Virus record (IMG/VR): IMGVR_UViG_3300027772_000952
Coordinates: 1-44,844 of that record
From: a virus
Lineage: Duplodnaviria > Caudoviricetes
Reading direction: 5' to 3' (one strand)
Length of the DNA stretch: 44,844 nucleotides
Shown here: positions 1-9,552 of the stretch, one piece after another
Position numbering within the stretch: position 1 is the stretch's first letter
Layout of the letters: each line of letters begins with the position of its first letter
Translations under genes and position numbers: made by a program
Notes under the pieces: generated by a model
The model's database searches: none
What the model was told of the DNA's origin: nothing
What the model saw: only the letters and a program-made list of their open reading frames with translations

Positions 1-69
1 GTTGCATGGGGCGAAGCTATTGCGGAATACCGCAAGAGTAAAGCATCTCATCACTACTATTAAAATTAC

Positions 70-75
70 TAAATA
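70..75 (+). promoter_or_regulatory. T4-late-type promoter core TAAATA
   Basis: TAAATA 5 nt before ATG at 81; the same hexamer recurs just upstream of about 11 gene starts in the window. Confidence 0.6.
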
Positions 76-80
76 TTGGC

Positions 81-656
81 ATGAAATTAGTGTATATACA
101 CGGTGCCAATGCCACCAGCGAGAGCTTTAACTATATTAAAAGTAAACTAGGCGACGGATTAGATCTTAACTATGATAGTCGCAATGGGTTTGAAAATAAC
201 CTAAAAGACATGCAGACCGCACTGCAAGCCCATAAAGACCTAGTGTTTATTGCACATAGTCTGGGCGGTATCTATAGCCTGCATTTGGCCAATAGTATGC
301 CTAGTGCTGTTAAAGGTGCTGTGACATTGAGTACGCCATATGGTGGTGCTGAAGTAGCAGACTATGCTCAATACTTCTTGCCGTTTAGTAGACTAATGCG
401 TGATATTGGTCCTAGTTCGTGGGTTATGAAGCAGGCAAGCCGTATTAAGATACAGCATCCGTGGACTAATATAGTAACCGTCAAAGGACAGAGTCCTTTT
501 ATGCACGAGCCCAATGATGGTGTAGTAACCATTGCCAGTCAGAAGCATCATGAGGATATGGAATTAGTAGAAGTAGATTATAACCACTATGAGGTTGTGC
601 TTAGTGACGTAGTGGTTAAACTTATTAAGGAACGAGTAAACAAGTTCAAGAAATAA
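81..656 (+). CDS. alpha/beta hydrolase (lipase/esterase-like)
   Basis: IHG oxyanion motif, AHSLGG nucleophile elbow, STPYGG, NDGVV and a C-terminal NH giving a Ser-Asp-His triad. Confidence 0.85.
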   Translation: MKLVYIHGANATSESFNYIKSKLGDGLDLNYDSRNGFENNLKDMQTALQAHKDLVFIAHSLGGIYSLHLANSMPSAVKGAVTLSTPYGGAEVADYAQYFLPFSRLMRDIGPSSWVMKQASRIKIQHPWTNIVTVKGQSPFMHEPNDGVVTIASQKHHEDMELVEVDYNHYEVVLSDVVVKLIKERVNKFKK

Positions 657-657
657 G

Positions 658-686
658 TTGCTTTTTTATCACAAAGCATATATAAT
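658..686 (+). promoter_or_regulatory. sigma70-type promoter
   Basis: TTGCTT(658-663)-17 nt-TATAAT(681-686); AGGAG RBS at 738-742 before ATG 749. Confidence 0.7.
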
Positions 687-748
687 AGTACATAGAGAAA
701 AAGAAGTATCTATGTTAACACAGACATTAAAACACACAGGAGATTATT

Positions 749-1027
749 ATGTCAACAAAATTCGAAACACCAAAACTACCAGAAGTTAAATTTAACAAGA
801 ACGGATACGAAATCCGTACAGATATTCTGGACATGGCTAAGTCATTGGTCACTGAAGACTTCCAAGTTAAGTTTGCCGGATGGCAAATGACTGCTGAGAA
901 GGACGCTAAGACTGGTCAGATCGTTAACAAGGTCGAAATGCCACAGTTCCCAGGATTGGAAAAAGTATTAGAGACAGCAGAAAAGATGTACGCATTTGTC
1001 AATGCTGGTGCAACTGCTAAGAAGTAA
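749..1027 (+). CDS. hypothetical phage protein (92 aa)
   Basis: Has its own promoter, strong RBS and terminator; no recognisable catalytic motif. Confidence 0.85.
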   Translation: MSTKFETPKLPEVKFNKNGYEIRTDILDMAKSLVTEDFQVKFAGWQMTAEKDAKTGQIVNKVEMPQFPGLEKVLETAEKMYAFVNAGATAKK

Positions 1028-1045
1028 TAGTATATTACATTAAAC

Positions 1046-1069
1046 AAAAAGGACCTTCGGGTCCTTTTT
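1046..1069. terminator. bidirectional rho-independent terminator
   Basis: AAAAAGGACC-TTCG-GGTCCTTTTT: C(UUCG)G tetraloop hairpin with A and T tracts, between convergent genes ending at 1027 and 1073. Confidence 0.92.
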
Positions 1070-1072
1070 CTA

Positions 1073-1603
1073 TTACTTTATTCCTATCCAGGTTAGTCGT
1101 GTGTATCGCTCTTCTGGATCTTCAAGTCGCAAGCTGCTAAAATGCAGGGTTTCACTTAATGGATACAGTGTTTTAAAGTCTGGCATATCTCTTGTTTGAA
1201 GTGCCACTAGAGTGCCTTTAGGTATACGATCAAACCAATCACTGCCCTTGATGTTGTTGCAACTGGTATTGATTATCAGGCTTGGATTTTTATAGTTCAA
1301 TTTATTAGCATCACCAGTTAGCTGCTTTACTAAATGTGTTATATCAAAATGCTCTGCTACTCGATCTGCATCATCAACAACTTCAGGATCTATGTCCACG
1401 TTTAACAGTTGATTAAACTTGATCCCTTGATTAACCAACGCTGGCCCTATATTACCATACCAACTGCCCAAGTTGTAGATTTTATCATGACGATCATATT
1501 TGAGTCGTTTAAGTTGTCTTGCAAGATGCAGCTTACTCATAAGCAGGTCATCTGAACAACTACCCCTCAAGGTTAACGGACTTGACTCCAGTATCATAGG
1601 CAT
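1073..1603 (-). CDS. class I SAM-dependent methyltransferase-like protein
   Basis: YNLGSWYG (motif I-like), VDIDP acidic motif II, GDAN, LIINTSC. Confidence 0.6.
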   Translation of the reverse strand: MPMILESSPLTLRGSCSDDLLMSKLHLARQLKRLKYDRHDKIYNLGSWYGNIGPALVNQGIKFNQLLNVDIDPEVVDDADRVAEHFDITHLVKQLTGDANKLNYKNPSLIINTSCNNIKGSDWFDRIPKGTLVALQTRDMPDFKTLYPLSETLHFSSLRLEDPEERYTRLTWIGIK

Positions 1604-2034
1604 TAATCCGCAGATTTGTTCTTGTCTTTTTCAGTGATTGGTCCACCAGTGACCCAGGCCTTGCATGAACGTGTGCCAGCACACTTAAAGTGTAGGAAGT
1701 TGCAATATCCTAAATCTGATAAGTTAATAGTTGCATTGGCATCTATTGCTGTTTCATCGCCCTTTATGCCTGTGCTTATACACTCTCTCATACTGTCACT
1801 GACATCAAATGCCGCACAGTTTCCACACAACATTGTTTTAGCAGTAGCTGAAGTCACGTTGAATATCTTTGCGCTTTTGTTCCAATAGTCTCCAGCTTGT
1901 TCTGGATTAGCAGGACCATAGTGATACTCATCTATAGCTTTCTGACGATTCTTTAGGTTAACATCTATATCATAAGTCGCTATAGGACAGTCCTTGTTGG
2001 CTGCTTCTACTATGTTTATATATTTTCTATACAT
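1603..2034 (-). CDS. Cys-rich putative metal/Fe-S-binding protein
   Basis: CGNCAAF...GYC...HFKC...SC-x-x-W; TAATG coupling on both sides. Confidence 0.65.
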   Translation of the reverse strand: MYRKYINIVEAANKDCPIATYDIDVNLKNRQKAIDEYHYGPANPEQAGDYWNKSAKIFNVTSATAKTMLCGNCAAFDVSDSMRECISTGIKGDETAIDANATINLSDLGYCNFLHFKCAGTRSCKAWVTGGPITEKDKNKSAD

Positions 2035-3371
2035 TATTCATGCTCCTGCCATGATACTGATGCTACTGCATCATCGTTATTAGTAGTAGCAATAGCAGCC
2101 AAACACCAAATGTCACTTACTCCTGCTATGGTGCGGCCTAACTGTTGGCTAAAATCTACATCGTTGCCACTAACACTGGCTGCGCCACCTTTGTTAGATC
2201 CCACAAAAATACCTTGATCAATTACTATGCCGCCACTTAATGCAGTGGCCGATAGATCATATTCTACTGAACTGTTGTCGCCTGCTGATGTCCACGAGGC
2301 ATCGGTCAGTGTAGGATTTAATATTACTCTATATCCAAACGCCGCCAATTGTACACCGTAAAGATCAAACTTAGCAGGCACTACAACACTGTCTATGTTA
2401 GTAGACTTCATTCTAATACAGACTAATGGACGATATTCTGTTTGGCTGAGATTCTTACCAGTTAAACTGGTTCCTATTGCTCTACTCTGGCTTCGGTTGC
2501 TATAGCCGCCTTCTGATATCACAGTGCTGCATATGGCTCGCATAGTGCCTGCGGCACCTGTGCTGGAGAGTTCATATCTAACGGGCAATGACGCAGTAGT
2601 CATATAGACCTTGTCAAATATATTAGCATGATGGAATATGTGGCAAACAATAAACTGACCGTTGATAACAAATCCGCAGCGTACTGACCCTGCGCCCAAC
2701 CATTCAACATCACACCAAAAGATTTGTACTTTTGTTAAATCCAATGTGACTCCGCTGATGTTGCTCTGGCCGCCTTGGCCGTCCATTTTGTCACCGTTCC
2801 ATGTTGATCTGTTGATCTTTTCTGTGGTATCATCCACTGAGCCTGATGTGTATTTTCTAATCACAAGATTAATATCAGTACCGTCTATTTCAAAGTACAC
2901 ACCGTTTCGTTCCCCAAAATAACCAACACGCTGACGCAGACCCGCTGTAGGAGTGTTCATTACAAAGGTAGCCATAGTCAGCAAACTCTTGCCTGGCTGA
3001 TAACTAAACACTTGTTTACTTTGTCTAATAGCACTATCACCGTTGCCCGATACTGTCATTATTACTGAACTTTCGTTAGGTAAGAATGTACTAACACCGT
3101 TGCCTGTATCTACTTGATCCCATTTAAATCTGTCGTCTCTATAACGCAGAGCGCCGTCAAACAAAGTAAAGGGATTGCTGACTCGTAGTCGTCCAAACGC
3201 ATCTATACTGGCCGAGATGTTGCCAGCATCGTTGTAACTAACACCGCCTACATTGTTTACTCGCAATAATGGTTCACCTGACGCACTGTAGTCCATAGCC
3301 ATATGGAGGTCATTAGTGTTTGGTTCATAACTATGTACGTAGTCAGTACTGTTGGGATGTAGGTTAGCCAT
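2034..3371 (-). CDS. putative virion structural protein (beta-rich, 445 aa)
   Basis: DAFGRLRVSNPFTLFD start of a beta-strand-rich domain typical of large aquatic myovirus structural proteins; lies in a late operon. Confidence 0.6.
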   Translation of the reverse strand: MANLHPNSTDYVHSYEPNTNDLHMAMDYSASGEPLLRVNNVGGVSYNDAGNISASIDAFGRLRVSNPFTLFDGALRYRDDRFKWDQVDTGNGVSTFLPNESSVIMTVSGNGDSAIRQSKQVFSYQPGKSLLTMATFVMNTPTAGLRQRVGYFGERNGVYFEIDGTDINLVIRKYTSGSVDDTTEKINRSTWNGDKMDGQGGQSNISGVTLDLTKVQIFWCDVEWLGAGSVRCGFVINGQFIVCHIFHHANIFDKVYMTTASLPVRYELSSTGAAGTMRAICSTVISEGGYSNRSQSRAIGTSLTGKNLSQTEYRPLVCIRMKSTNIDSVVVPAKFDLYGVQLAAFGYRVILNPTLTDASWTSAGDNSSVEYDLSATALSGGIVIDQGIFVGSNKGGAASVSGNDVDFSQQLGRTIAGVSDIWCLAAIATTNNDDAVASVSWQEHE

Positions 3372-3373
3372 CT

Positions 3374-4132
3374 TTAGAATCCGTTGGTGGCTGAGTTATG
3401 GAATATTAAACCCGTCCATGTGGATGTTTTGGCAATGGTAGGTGTAGAATAACTCACTACCATTGTGCCTGGCCCAGTGTTATTACCAAACATGATCCTA
3501 ATAGGGTAATAGATATTTTGTACTAGGCTAATAGTACCGCTTTGTTCAGTGGTACCATGTAGACCACCGTTTTGTACAACTGCATTGGTATGAGTATATC
3601 CTGAGATAGCATCTGGACCTATCCACATATAACTAGCATCGTCTGTGTTAGTGAAAAAGGTGTATGTTTCTGTTGTTGGCGCACGTAAGTATCCTAGCAA
3701 CATAATAGAATTGTATTGAGGCTGTGCAGTGATATTCAATGTGACCAAAGTGCCCTGTGTTTCAGTCACAGGTGCAACTACGGGGTTATCAAAGAACGTT
3801 AGATCATCGTTGGTAGGGGTAAAGTCGAGGCCAAAATAACCGTTAGCATTAGTAGTTCCAACTCTGTTGTAGAAATAAATGTCCGGATCAAATGTGATGC
3901 CAGCAATATTGATCCAGGGACGCCCTTGAACTAATCCGCCTGTGTTAGGATTGTTAACAATAGAATTATTAGAATATTTTGTGGGTAGGGCATCTATATC
4001 GTAGGTATTATTTTCTCTATAGTAGTTTGCTGTAGTGTCGCCGCCTGCTTGACGTCGAGTTTGAGCCAAATTAAGTTTAGCTAGTTGTCTTTCTTCTCTA
4101 GTTGCTAATTGTGCGATTCCGTTTGCTGACAT
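3374..4132 (-). CDS. PA14/GLEYA carbohydrate-binding domain virion protein
   Basis: GYLRAPTTETYTFFTNTDDASYMWIG and YYPIRIMFGNNTGPG match the PA14 pattern, including the DD calcium motif. Confidence 0.8.
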   Translation of the reverse strand: MSANGIAQLATREERQLAKLNLAQTRRQAGGDTTANYYRENNTYDIDALPTKYSNNSIVNNPNTGGLVQGRPWINIAGITFDPDIYFYNRVGTTNANGYFGLDFTPTNDDLTFFDNPVVAPVTETQGTLVTLNITAQPQYNSIMLLGYLRAPTTETYTFFTNTDDASYMWIGPDAISGYTHTNAVVQNGGLHGTTEQSGTISLVQNIYYPIRIMFGNNTGPGTMVVSYSTPTIAKTSTWTGLIFHNSATNGF

Positions 4133-4133
4133 A

Positions 4134-4436
4134 TTAAACCTCTTGTTGATTTGGATACATGCTTGGATCTTTTACACGTAGGTCATGTGGGTGCTTAGGA
4201 CCGTTCACACCACCGCCTGCATCTACTGTGACTGCTGTAATATCTGCTATTTTTTCATTAGGACTATTGCTTAATGGGCTCATCTCACCAGGCTGTGTAA
4301 CAATGCCCGCAATCTGCTTGAATCGTGCTAGATCGTCATCACAGTATCCGCTGGGCGTATCGTCAGGTTGATCTGTGGCCTGTCCTGCTTGATCTATAAG
4401 GTCCAGGACTGTTCTAATAATCTCGTGTGCTCGCAT
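4134..4436 (-). CDS. hypothetical late protein (possible capsid-internal protein)
   Basis: First gene after TAAATA; N-terminus MRAHEII; acidic and low-complexity. Confidence 0.7.
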   Translation of the reverse strand: MRAHEIIRTVLDLIDQAGQATDQPDDTPSGYCDDDLARFKQIAGIVTQPGEMSPLSNSPNEKIADITAVTVDAGGGVNGPKHPHDLRVKDPSMYPNQQEV

Positions 4437-4454
4437 AATATATCCAGTATCAGA

Positions 4455-4460
4455 TATTTA
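4455..4460 (-). promoter_or_regulatory. late-type promoter TAAATA
   Basis: TATTTA on the + strand in the 4437-4478 intergenic gap. Confidence 0.6.
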
Positions 4461-4478
4461 GCCCGTTACACGCTGCTA

Positions 4479-7049
4479 TTATAAGATCCTGTGTATAGAG
4501 GGATTACTTGGTCCCCAAATAATGCGTACGGCGCCACTGCCGCCTTGGCCGGAGTTGGTGAAATAACCAACGCCCTCGCCGGAAGTTACATAATATTCTC
4601 CGCCGCCACCGCCGCCAAAATCGCCGCCTTCATATTGGGGTGCATTTCCACCAATGTTTCCCCATGGAGGTATATCTTGATAAGCACCGCCACCCGCGCC
4701 CCCAGAATCGCCACCACCACCCGCGCCACCCGATCCGCCACCACCACCATATTTCAATTGAGCGTTGGTGAATGGTTGAGGGATTGGTCGGCCATCTGCA
4801 CCCTGTCCCCAAATGCCCACACCGCCACCTGGAGAAGACGTCGTGCCACTGCCGTTTTGTCCACTGCCGCCCGCGCCACCGCCACCACTTCCAGCACCTC
4901 CGATCGTCACACTTGGTGTAGATGAACTTGAAGGGCCACCGCTGCCACCGCTGCCTGTATACCCGCCAGCGCCACCGCCACCGGCGCCGTAGCCACCATT
5001 ACCACCATTACCGCCACCATCTCCTACATATCCACCACCATTAGATACGCCAGAGGATACAGGGCCACCAGCACCACCATATCCTGCTACTGTAGCAGTT
5101 GATATAAAGTAACTTGTGCCGCCAGCAGCACCACCAGCAGCACCACGGCCACCTACTACAACAGTATAGCTCTGTCCAGGTGTTACTGCAATTGCATTCT
5201 TCCAACCAAGTCCACCACCAGCGCCACCTCCTGTGGTCACTGTGCTTGGACGGCCGCCACCACCACCACCTACAGCCACTACACTTACCCTGGTAACTCC
5301 TGCAGGAGCAATCCAAGAATATTCACCTGCAGCAATATATTCTGATGCGGAACTACTGTCATACTGATCTGAAACACGATTACTTGGAAAAGATCTGTTG
5401 TATCCCCATACTATACGTACAGCACCGAAACCGCCTTGGGTGGCAACTGCTGCACCGCCGGCACCACCACCACCGCCAAAGTTGCCGCCAAATGTGTAGG
5501 TGTAACTAGTACCTCCTGAACCACCTCCAGCAGGTCCTGCTGAGCCATTGACTTCACTTCTGACGGCACCAGCACCGCTAGCGCCTTGACCATATATACC
5601 AACTCCTCCACCGCCTGTAGAGCCAACGCCATTGCCAAAACCTCCACCCATTGCGCCACCGCCGCCACCACCGCCAGCGCCAGCGCCACCATTGTTGCTG
5701 AAGCCCTGGCCAGCCCCGCGGCCGCCGCTACCAGTATATCCGCCGGCACCGCCACCACCTGGGTATTGGCTGCCATTGAGGCCGCCGTTGTCGCCGCCTG
5801 TGCTGTAGCCACCGTTGCCGCCTGCGCCACCACCATCTCCTGCAAAGCCACCACCAGCGCCGCCTGATCCGCCACCGCCGCCACCGCCACCGCCTCGTAC
5901 TGTGTCTGTATTGATAAAGTAACTGTCGCCGCCGGCAACCCCTACATTGACGCCGCTCTCGCGGCGTCCACGGTTACCTACTACAACAGTATAGCTCTGC
6001 CCAGGTGTTACTGCAATTGCATTCTTCCAACCAAGTCCGCCACCACCACCAGCGGCATTTCCACCGTCGCCCGAGCCACCGGCACCAACACATACTACTG
6101 ATACAGAATATACGCCAGCTGGTGCTGTCCATGAGTAAGTGCCACCTATACCATCATAGGTGACACTTCCTCCACCTAGATCAGATCCTTTACCCACATT
6201 TGACGAAGGAAATGCGCGGCCTGTTCCCCATATAAGTCTAGCACCGCCGTACCCAGGTCTGGGGTCGGTCTCGACCTGAGGCCCGTTGTAAGGGACTGGC
6301 TGGCCTCCGCCGTAATTACCGCCGTGCATTTTTAAACGCCCGGTGCTACTAGTTCCGTACCCATATCCTTTTGTTCCACCTGATCCGCCACCGCCACCAG
6401 CGGTATGGTAGGGGTCACCGTTGGTTATGCCGCCACGTCCATTACTGCCTTGTCCATAAAGGCCAACGCCCCCGCCTGCTCCTCCGGCTCCACCGGAGAA
6501 TTGGGCACCGCTGGCTCCAGCACCACCACCACCACCACTTCCTGCTTGACCGGCGACCGGCGTACCGCTGGTTACCACACTTGATCCGCCATTACCAGAA
6601 TAACCTCCAGCGCCGCCACCGCCCGGTAGTCGGTCCGGATAGCCAAAACCAGCACCGCTGCTGGCGCCACCATTACCACCACCTATAATGCCACCGAATG
6701 GCCCTGCACCTAGTGTGCTGGACAGGTTATCTGAAAAATAACGTCCTAGGCTCCTAACAATAACATCAGTTGATCTTCTAACTTGTGTATTTAAATCGTT
6801 GCCTCCGCTTGCATCACTGCTACCAATTTCAACAGTCAGTGTTTCTCCTGGGGACACAGGAAAGTTGTTAATCCAACGTAGATCTCCTCCTTTGCCAAAG
6901 ATGCTGCCAGGTGCAATAAATACTCCGGACATTAGGTATATGTTGGGGGGCACTATAAAAGTGTAAGACCCAGGGCTTTCAAACGCCACACCACCACTTA
7001 GGCCAAATGGTATGTATTGTTGTCTTTGAATTGTTCCGATATCTAGCAT
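4479..7049 (-). CDS. tail fibre/adhesin with three tandem glycine-rich (polyglycine-II-type) domains
   Basis: Three units, each opening G-x-Y-[ST]-[FW]-x-[AV]-P and closing G-A-[AV]-R-[IL]-[IV]-W-G, filled with GGGG runs. Confidence 0.8.
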   Translation of the reverse strand: MLDIGTIQRQQYIPFGLSGGVAFESPGSYTFIVPPNIYLMSGVFIAPGSIFGKGGDLRWINNFPVSPGETLTVEIGSSDASGGNDLNTQVRRSTDVIVRSLGRYFSDNLSSTLGAGPFGGIIGGGNGGASSGAGFGYPDRLPGGGGAGGYSGNGGSSVVTSGTPVAGQAGSGGGGGAGASGAQFSGGAGGAGGGVGLYGQGSNGRGGITNGDPYHTAGGGGGSGGTKGYGYGTSSTGRLKMHGGNYGGGQPVPYNGPQVETDPRPGYGGARLIWGTGRAFPSSNVGKGSDLGGGSVTYDGIGGTYSWTAPAGVYSVSVVCVGAGGSGDGGNAAGGGGGLGWKNAIAVTPGQSYTVVVGNRGRRESGVNVGVAGGDSYFINTDTVRGGGGGGGGGSGGAGGGFAGDGGGAGGNGGYSTGGDNGGLNGSQYPGGGGAGGYTGSGGRGAGQGFSNNGGAGAGGGGGGGAMGGGFGNGVGSTGGGGVGIYGQGASGAGAVRSEVNGSAGPAGGGSGGTSYTYTFGGNFGGGGGAGGAAVATQGGFGAVRIVWGYNRSFPSNRVSDQYDSSSASEYIAAGEYSWIAPAGVTRVSVVAVGGGGGGRPSTVTTGGGAGGGLGWKNAIAVTPGQSYTVVVGGRGAAGGAAGGTSYFISTATVAGYGGAGGPVSSGVSNGGGYVGDGGGNGGNGGYGAGGGGAGGYTGSGGSGGPSSSSTPSVTIGGAGSGGGGAGGSGQNGSGTTSSPGGGVGIWGQGADGRPIPQPFTNAQLKYGGGGGSGGAGGGGDSGGAGGGAYQDIPPWGNIGGNAPQYEGGDFGGGGGGEYYVTSGEGVGYFTNSGQGGSGAVRIIWGPSNPSIHRIL
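5151..6045. repeat. 70-nt intragenic direct repeat (5151-5220 / 5976-6045)
   Basis: Two mismatches in 70 nt; both copies encode GGGLGWKNAIAVTPGQSYTVVVG. Confidence 0.9.
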
Positions 7050-7074
7050 ATTAAATTGTGTTTATAAAAGTTTG

Positions 7075-9519
7075 TTAAATGGCAGCAAAGTCTTTAATGG
7101 TTATTGCGCCCACCATTGTTCCGTGATTTTGACAAATGTATCTAAATGTACCTGAAACACTAGCAGGTATTTTCCAGTACAGTGTGCCTGAAACTTTACC
7201 TTGAGCGGCAGATCCGGTACTGACTACACCTGCGGTGCTTACATGTATTAGATTCGCAGTGGTAATATTTGTGCTGTCTTGCTGAAGTAAAAACGGATGA
7301 CTGGCGCCTTGCTGGAGGTTGAAAGCTATGGTAGTGCCACTGATAGCATATATTGCAGGATTGTCTCCTGAATATTGATCAATATTATAATTGAATACCG
7401 GTGTTGTGACTACTAACATTGTGATTGCAGGCAGATAAATTTTGTCTACTGTGAGGCTTGAACTTGTGGCATCCGATAGTCCGGCAAATGTTGATGCGCC
7501 TGACGATCCAGCACTGCCAGTATAACCTAGTGATCCAGCACTGCCAGTGTAACCTGAACTCACAGGGCCAATAAACAACCAAGTATCTGTAGCTGTCTTT
7601 ATTAAGGTACCTGCAGAGTATTGATTGATTAATGCCAAACTGCTGTTTGCTGCGGAGATTGTAACTCCGCCAGAGCCTGCTATTAATAATCCACCTGAGC
7701 CAGCAGTTGATACATCAATACGTTGTCCTACAGCAAATGGCACAACAGAATCTAATGGCACTGTTACTGTTAGGATACTAGAACTAGTAAATCTAACCAG
7801 CTTGCCAACGTCCGTAGCTTGTAGAGTATATGATACAGTTTGATCGTTAATTTCCTGTACAGATCCAAAACCACCTATTGACCCAGTGTAACCTATTGAC
7901 CCAGTAAAACCTGCACCTTGGCTGCCAGTAAAACCTCTTGATCCAGAAAAACCTGAGCTAGCCGGTCCAATAAACAACCAAGTGTCAGTGTCCATTTTTA
8001 CCAACGTTCCCGTTGCGTATTGATTAAACAATGCTAGACTTGCATTTGAAGCTGAGACAGTAACACCACCTTCGCCTGCTATTAATAATCCACCTAAGCC
8101 GGCAGTTGAAACATCAATACGTTGTCCTACAGCAAATGGCACGACTGAATTTAATGGCACTGTTAGGGTTAACGTACTAGCACTGGTAAATCTAACTAAT
8201 TTTCCTATGTCGGTACTCACTAGAGTATAATTTGTAGTTTGATCGTTAATTGTTTGTATAGATGCAAAACCACCTATTGATCCAGTATATCCCTGTGATC
8301 CAGTAAAACCTGCACCTTGGCTGCCAGTAAAACCTCTTGATCCAGAAAAACCTGAAGTTGATGGACCAACTAGGTTCCAAGTATTTGCACTAATTTTAAT
8401 TACTGATGCTGCAGAGTATTGATCTACAAGATATAAGGCACCGCCTGCTGCGGAGATTGTAACCCCACCTGCGCCTGCTATTGACAAATACCCCGTGCTG
8501 GCTAACTGTAGATCAATACGCTGACCTACTGAGAAATTCAATGTACTGTCATTTGGTATTGTAACAGTGATGTTGCCAGCATAAGTAAAACGCACCATGT
8601 TACCGCCATCACCTGCAAGCAGTGTATAACTGGCTGTAGATACTGTGGTAAAACTCTGTAGAGAATTAAATCCACCAACCGAACCAGTATAACCCAATGA
8701 GCCTGCATATCCTTGCGATCCAGTATATCCTATGGCTGCATAAGTTCCAGGAATACCCTGCTCACCTTGTGAACCTGTAAATCCAATATCACCTTGGCTT
8801 CCGCTAAAACCTACTGCTGCATATTCGCCCGGCAAGCCTCTAGATCCCGTGTAGCCAAGAGCTGCATACTCACCTGGAATACCTTGGCTACCTGTATAAC
8901 CTTGACTGCCTTCACTTCCTGTGTAGCCTAGTGCGGCAAATTCTCCTGGCTCACCTTGACTGCCAGTATAACCTACTGCTGCAAATGCACCTGCAGGACC
9001 TTCGCTGCCAGTATAACCTAGATCACCTTGTGAACCAGTGTAGCCTTGTCCTGCAAATTCTCCTGCAATACCTCGACTTCCAGTAAATCCTATTGATCCA
9101 GTGTAACCATCTCGTCCAATAAATCCGTCTGCACCTGCTGATCCAGTGAATCCTATTGAGCCAACAACCCCTTGACTACCTGTATAGCCTTGAATTTGTC
9201 CAACATCTGACCAAGTATTTCCGGTCCATACCCATAAATTACCTGTATCCCTAGCAATATATCCATCACCAAGATTACCACTGTAGGGATCAGGTAATCC
9301 CGAAGATGAAGCTACAGAACCTACAATGGTAACTGAAGTTCCAGCAGGTCCTCTAGATCCTGTAAATCCGATTGATCCTGTAAATCCTGCACCTTGACTA
9401 CCAGTGTAACCAATAGTAGTAGATATTGCTTTCCAAAAGCGACCGTTCCATACCCAAGTACGATCTTCAAACGTGTACTGTGTATCAACTGCGGGTAATA
9501 GGGGAAAATTTAATGGCAT
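7075..9519 (-). CDS. collagen-like fibre protein with three repeated beta domains and a C-terminal cupredoxin-like domain
   Basis: G[YF]TGS Gly-X-Y tracts; three copies of YTL-x3-D-x-G-x2-VRFT...GQRID...W; C-terminal HPF...YICQNHGTMVG. Confidence 0.8.
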   Translation of the reverse strand: MPLNFPLLPAVDTQYTFEDRTWVWNGRFWKAISTTIGYTGSQGAGFTGSIGFTGSRGPAGTSVTIVGSVASSSGLPDPYSGNLGDGYIARDTGNLWVWTGNTWSDVGQIQGYTGSQGVVGSIGFTGSAGADGFIGRDGYTGSIGFTGSRGIAGEFAGQGYTGSQGDLGYTGSEGPAGAFAAVGYTGSQGEPGEFAALGYTGSEGSQGYTGSQGIPGEYAALGYTGSRGLPGEYAAVGFSGSQGDIGFTGSQGEQGIPGTYAAIGYTGSQGYAGSLGYTGSVGGFNSLQSFTTVSTASYTLLAGDGGNMVRFTYAGNITVTIPNDSTLNFSVGQRIDLQLASTGYLSIAGAGGVTISAAGGALYLVDQYSAASVIKISANTWNLVGPSTSGFSGSRGFTGSQGAGFTGSQGYTGSIGGFASIQTINDQTTNYTLVSTDIGKLVRFTSASTLTLTVPLNSVVPFAVGQRIDVSTAGLGGLLIAGEGGVTVSASNASLALFNQYATGTLVKMDTDTWLFIGPASSGFSGSRGFTGSQGAGFTGSIGYTGSIGGFGSVQEINDQTVSYTLQATDVGKLVRFTSSSILTVTVPLDSVVPFAVGQRIDVSTAGSGGLLIAGSGGVTISAANSSLALINQYSAGTLIKTATDTWLFIGPVSSGYTGSAGSLGYTGSAGSSGASTFAGLSDATSSSLTVDKIYLPAITMLVVTTPVFNYNIDQYSGDNPAIYAISGTTIAFNLQQGASHPFLLQQDSTNITTANLIHVSTAGVVSTGSAAQGKVSGTLYWKIPASVSGTFRYICQNHGTMVGAITIKDFAAI

Positions 9520-9544
9520 TTTAGTAGTATAAAGTAATCATATG

Positions 9545-9552
9545 TATTTATA
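9545..9552 (-). promoter_or_regulatory. full T4 late promoter consensus TATAAATA
   Basis: TATTTATA on the + strand, 25 nt upstream of ATG 9519. Confidence 0.7.

Noticed and set aside
5151-6045. Repeat pair plus hairpin, and an Mtd_N-like domain, as a diversity-generating retroelement
   Set aside because: Mismatches are synonymous and not adenine-restricted, both copies lie in one ORF, and no reverse transcriptase is in the window
4491-6688. Alternative-frame and antisense ORFs (Ala/Thr-, Trp- or His-rich)
   Set aside because: Shadows of GGN-rich coding sequence; no RBS or promoter
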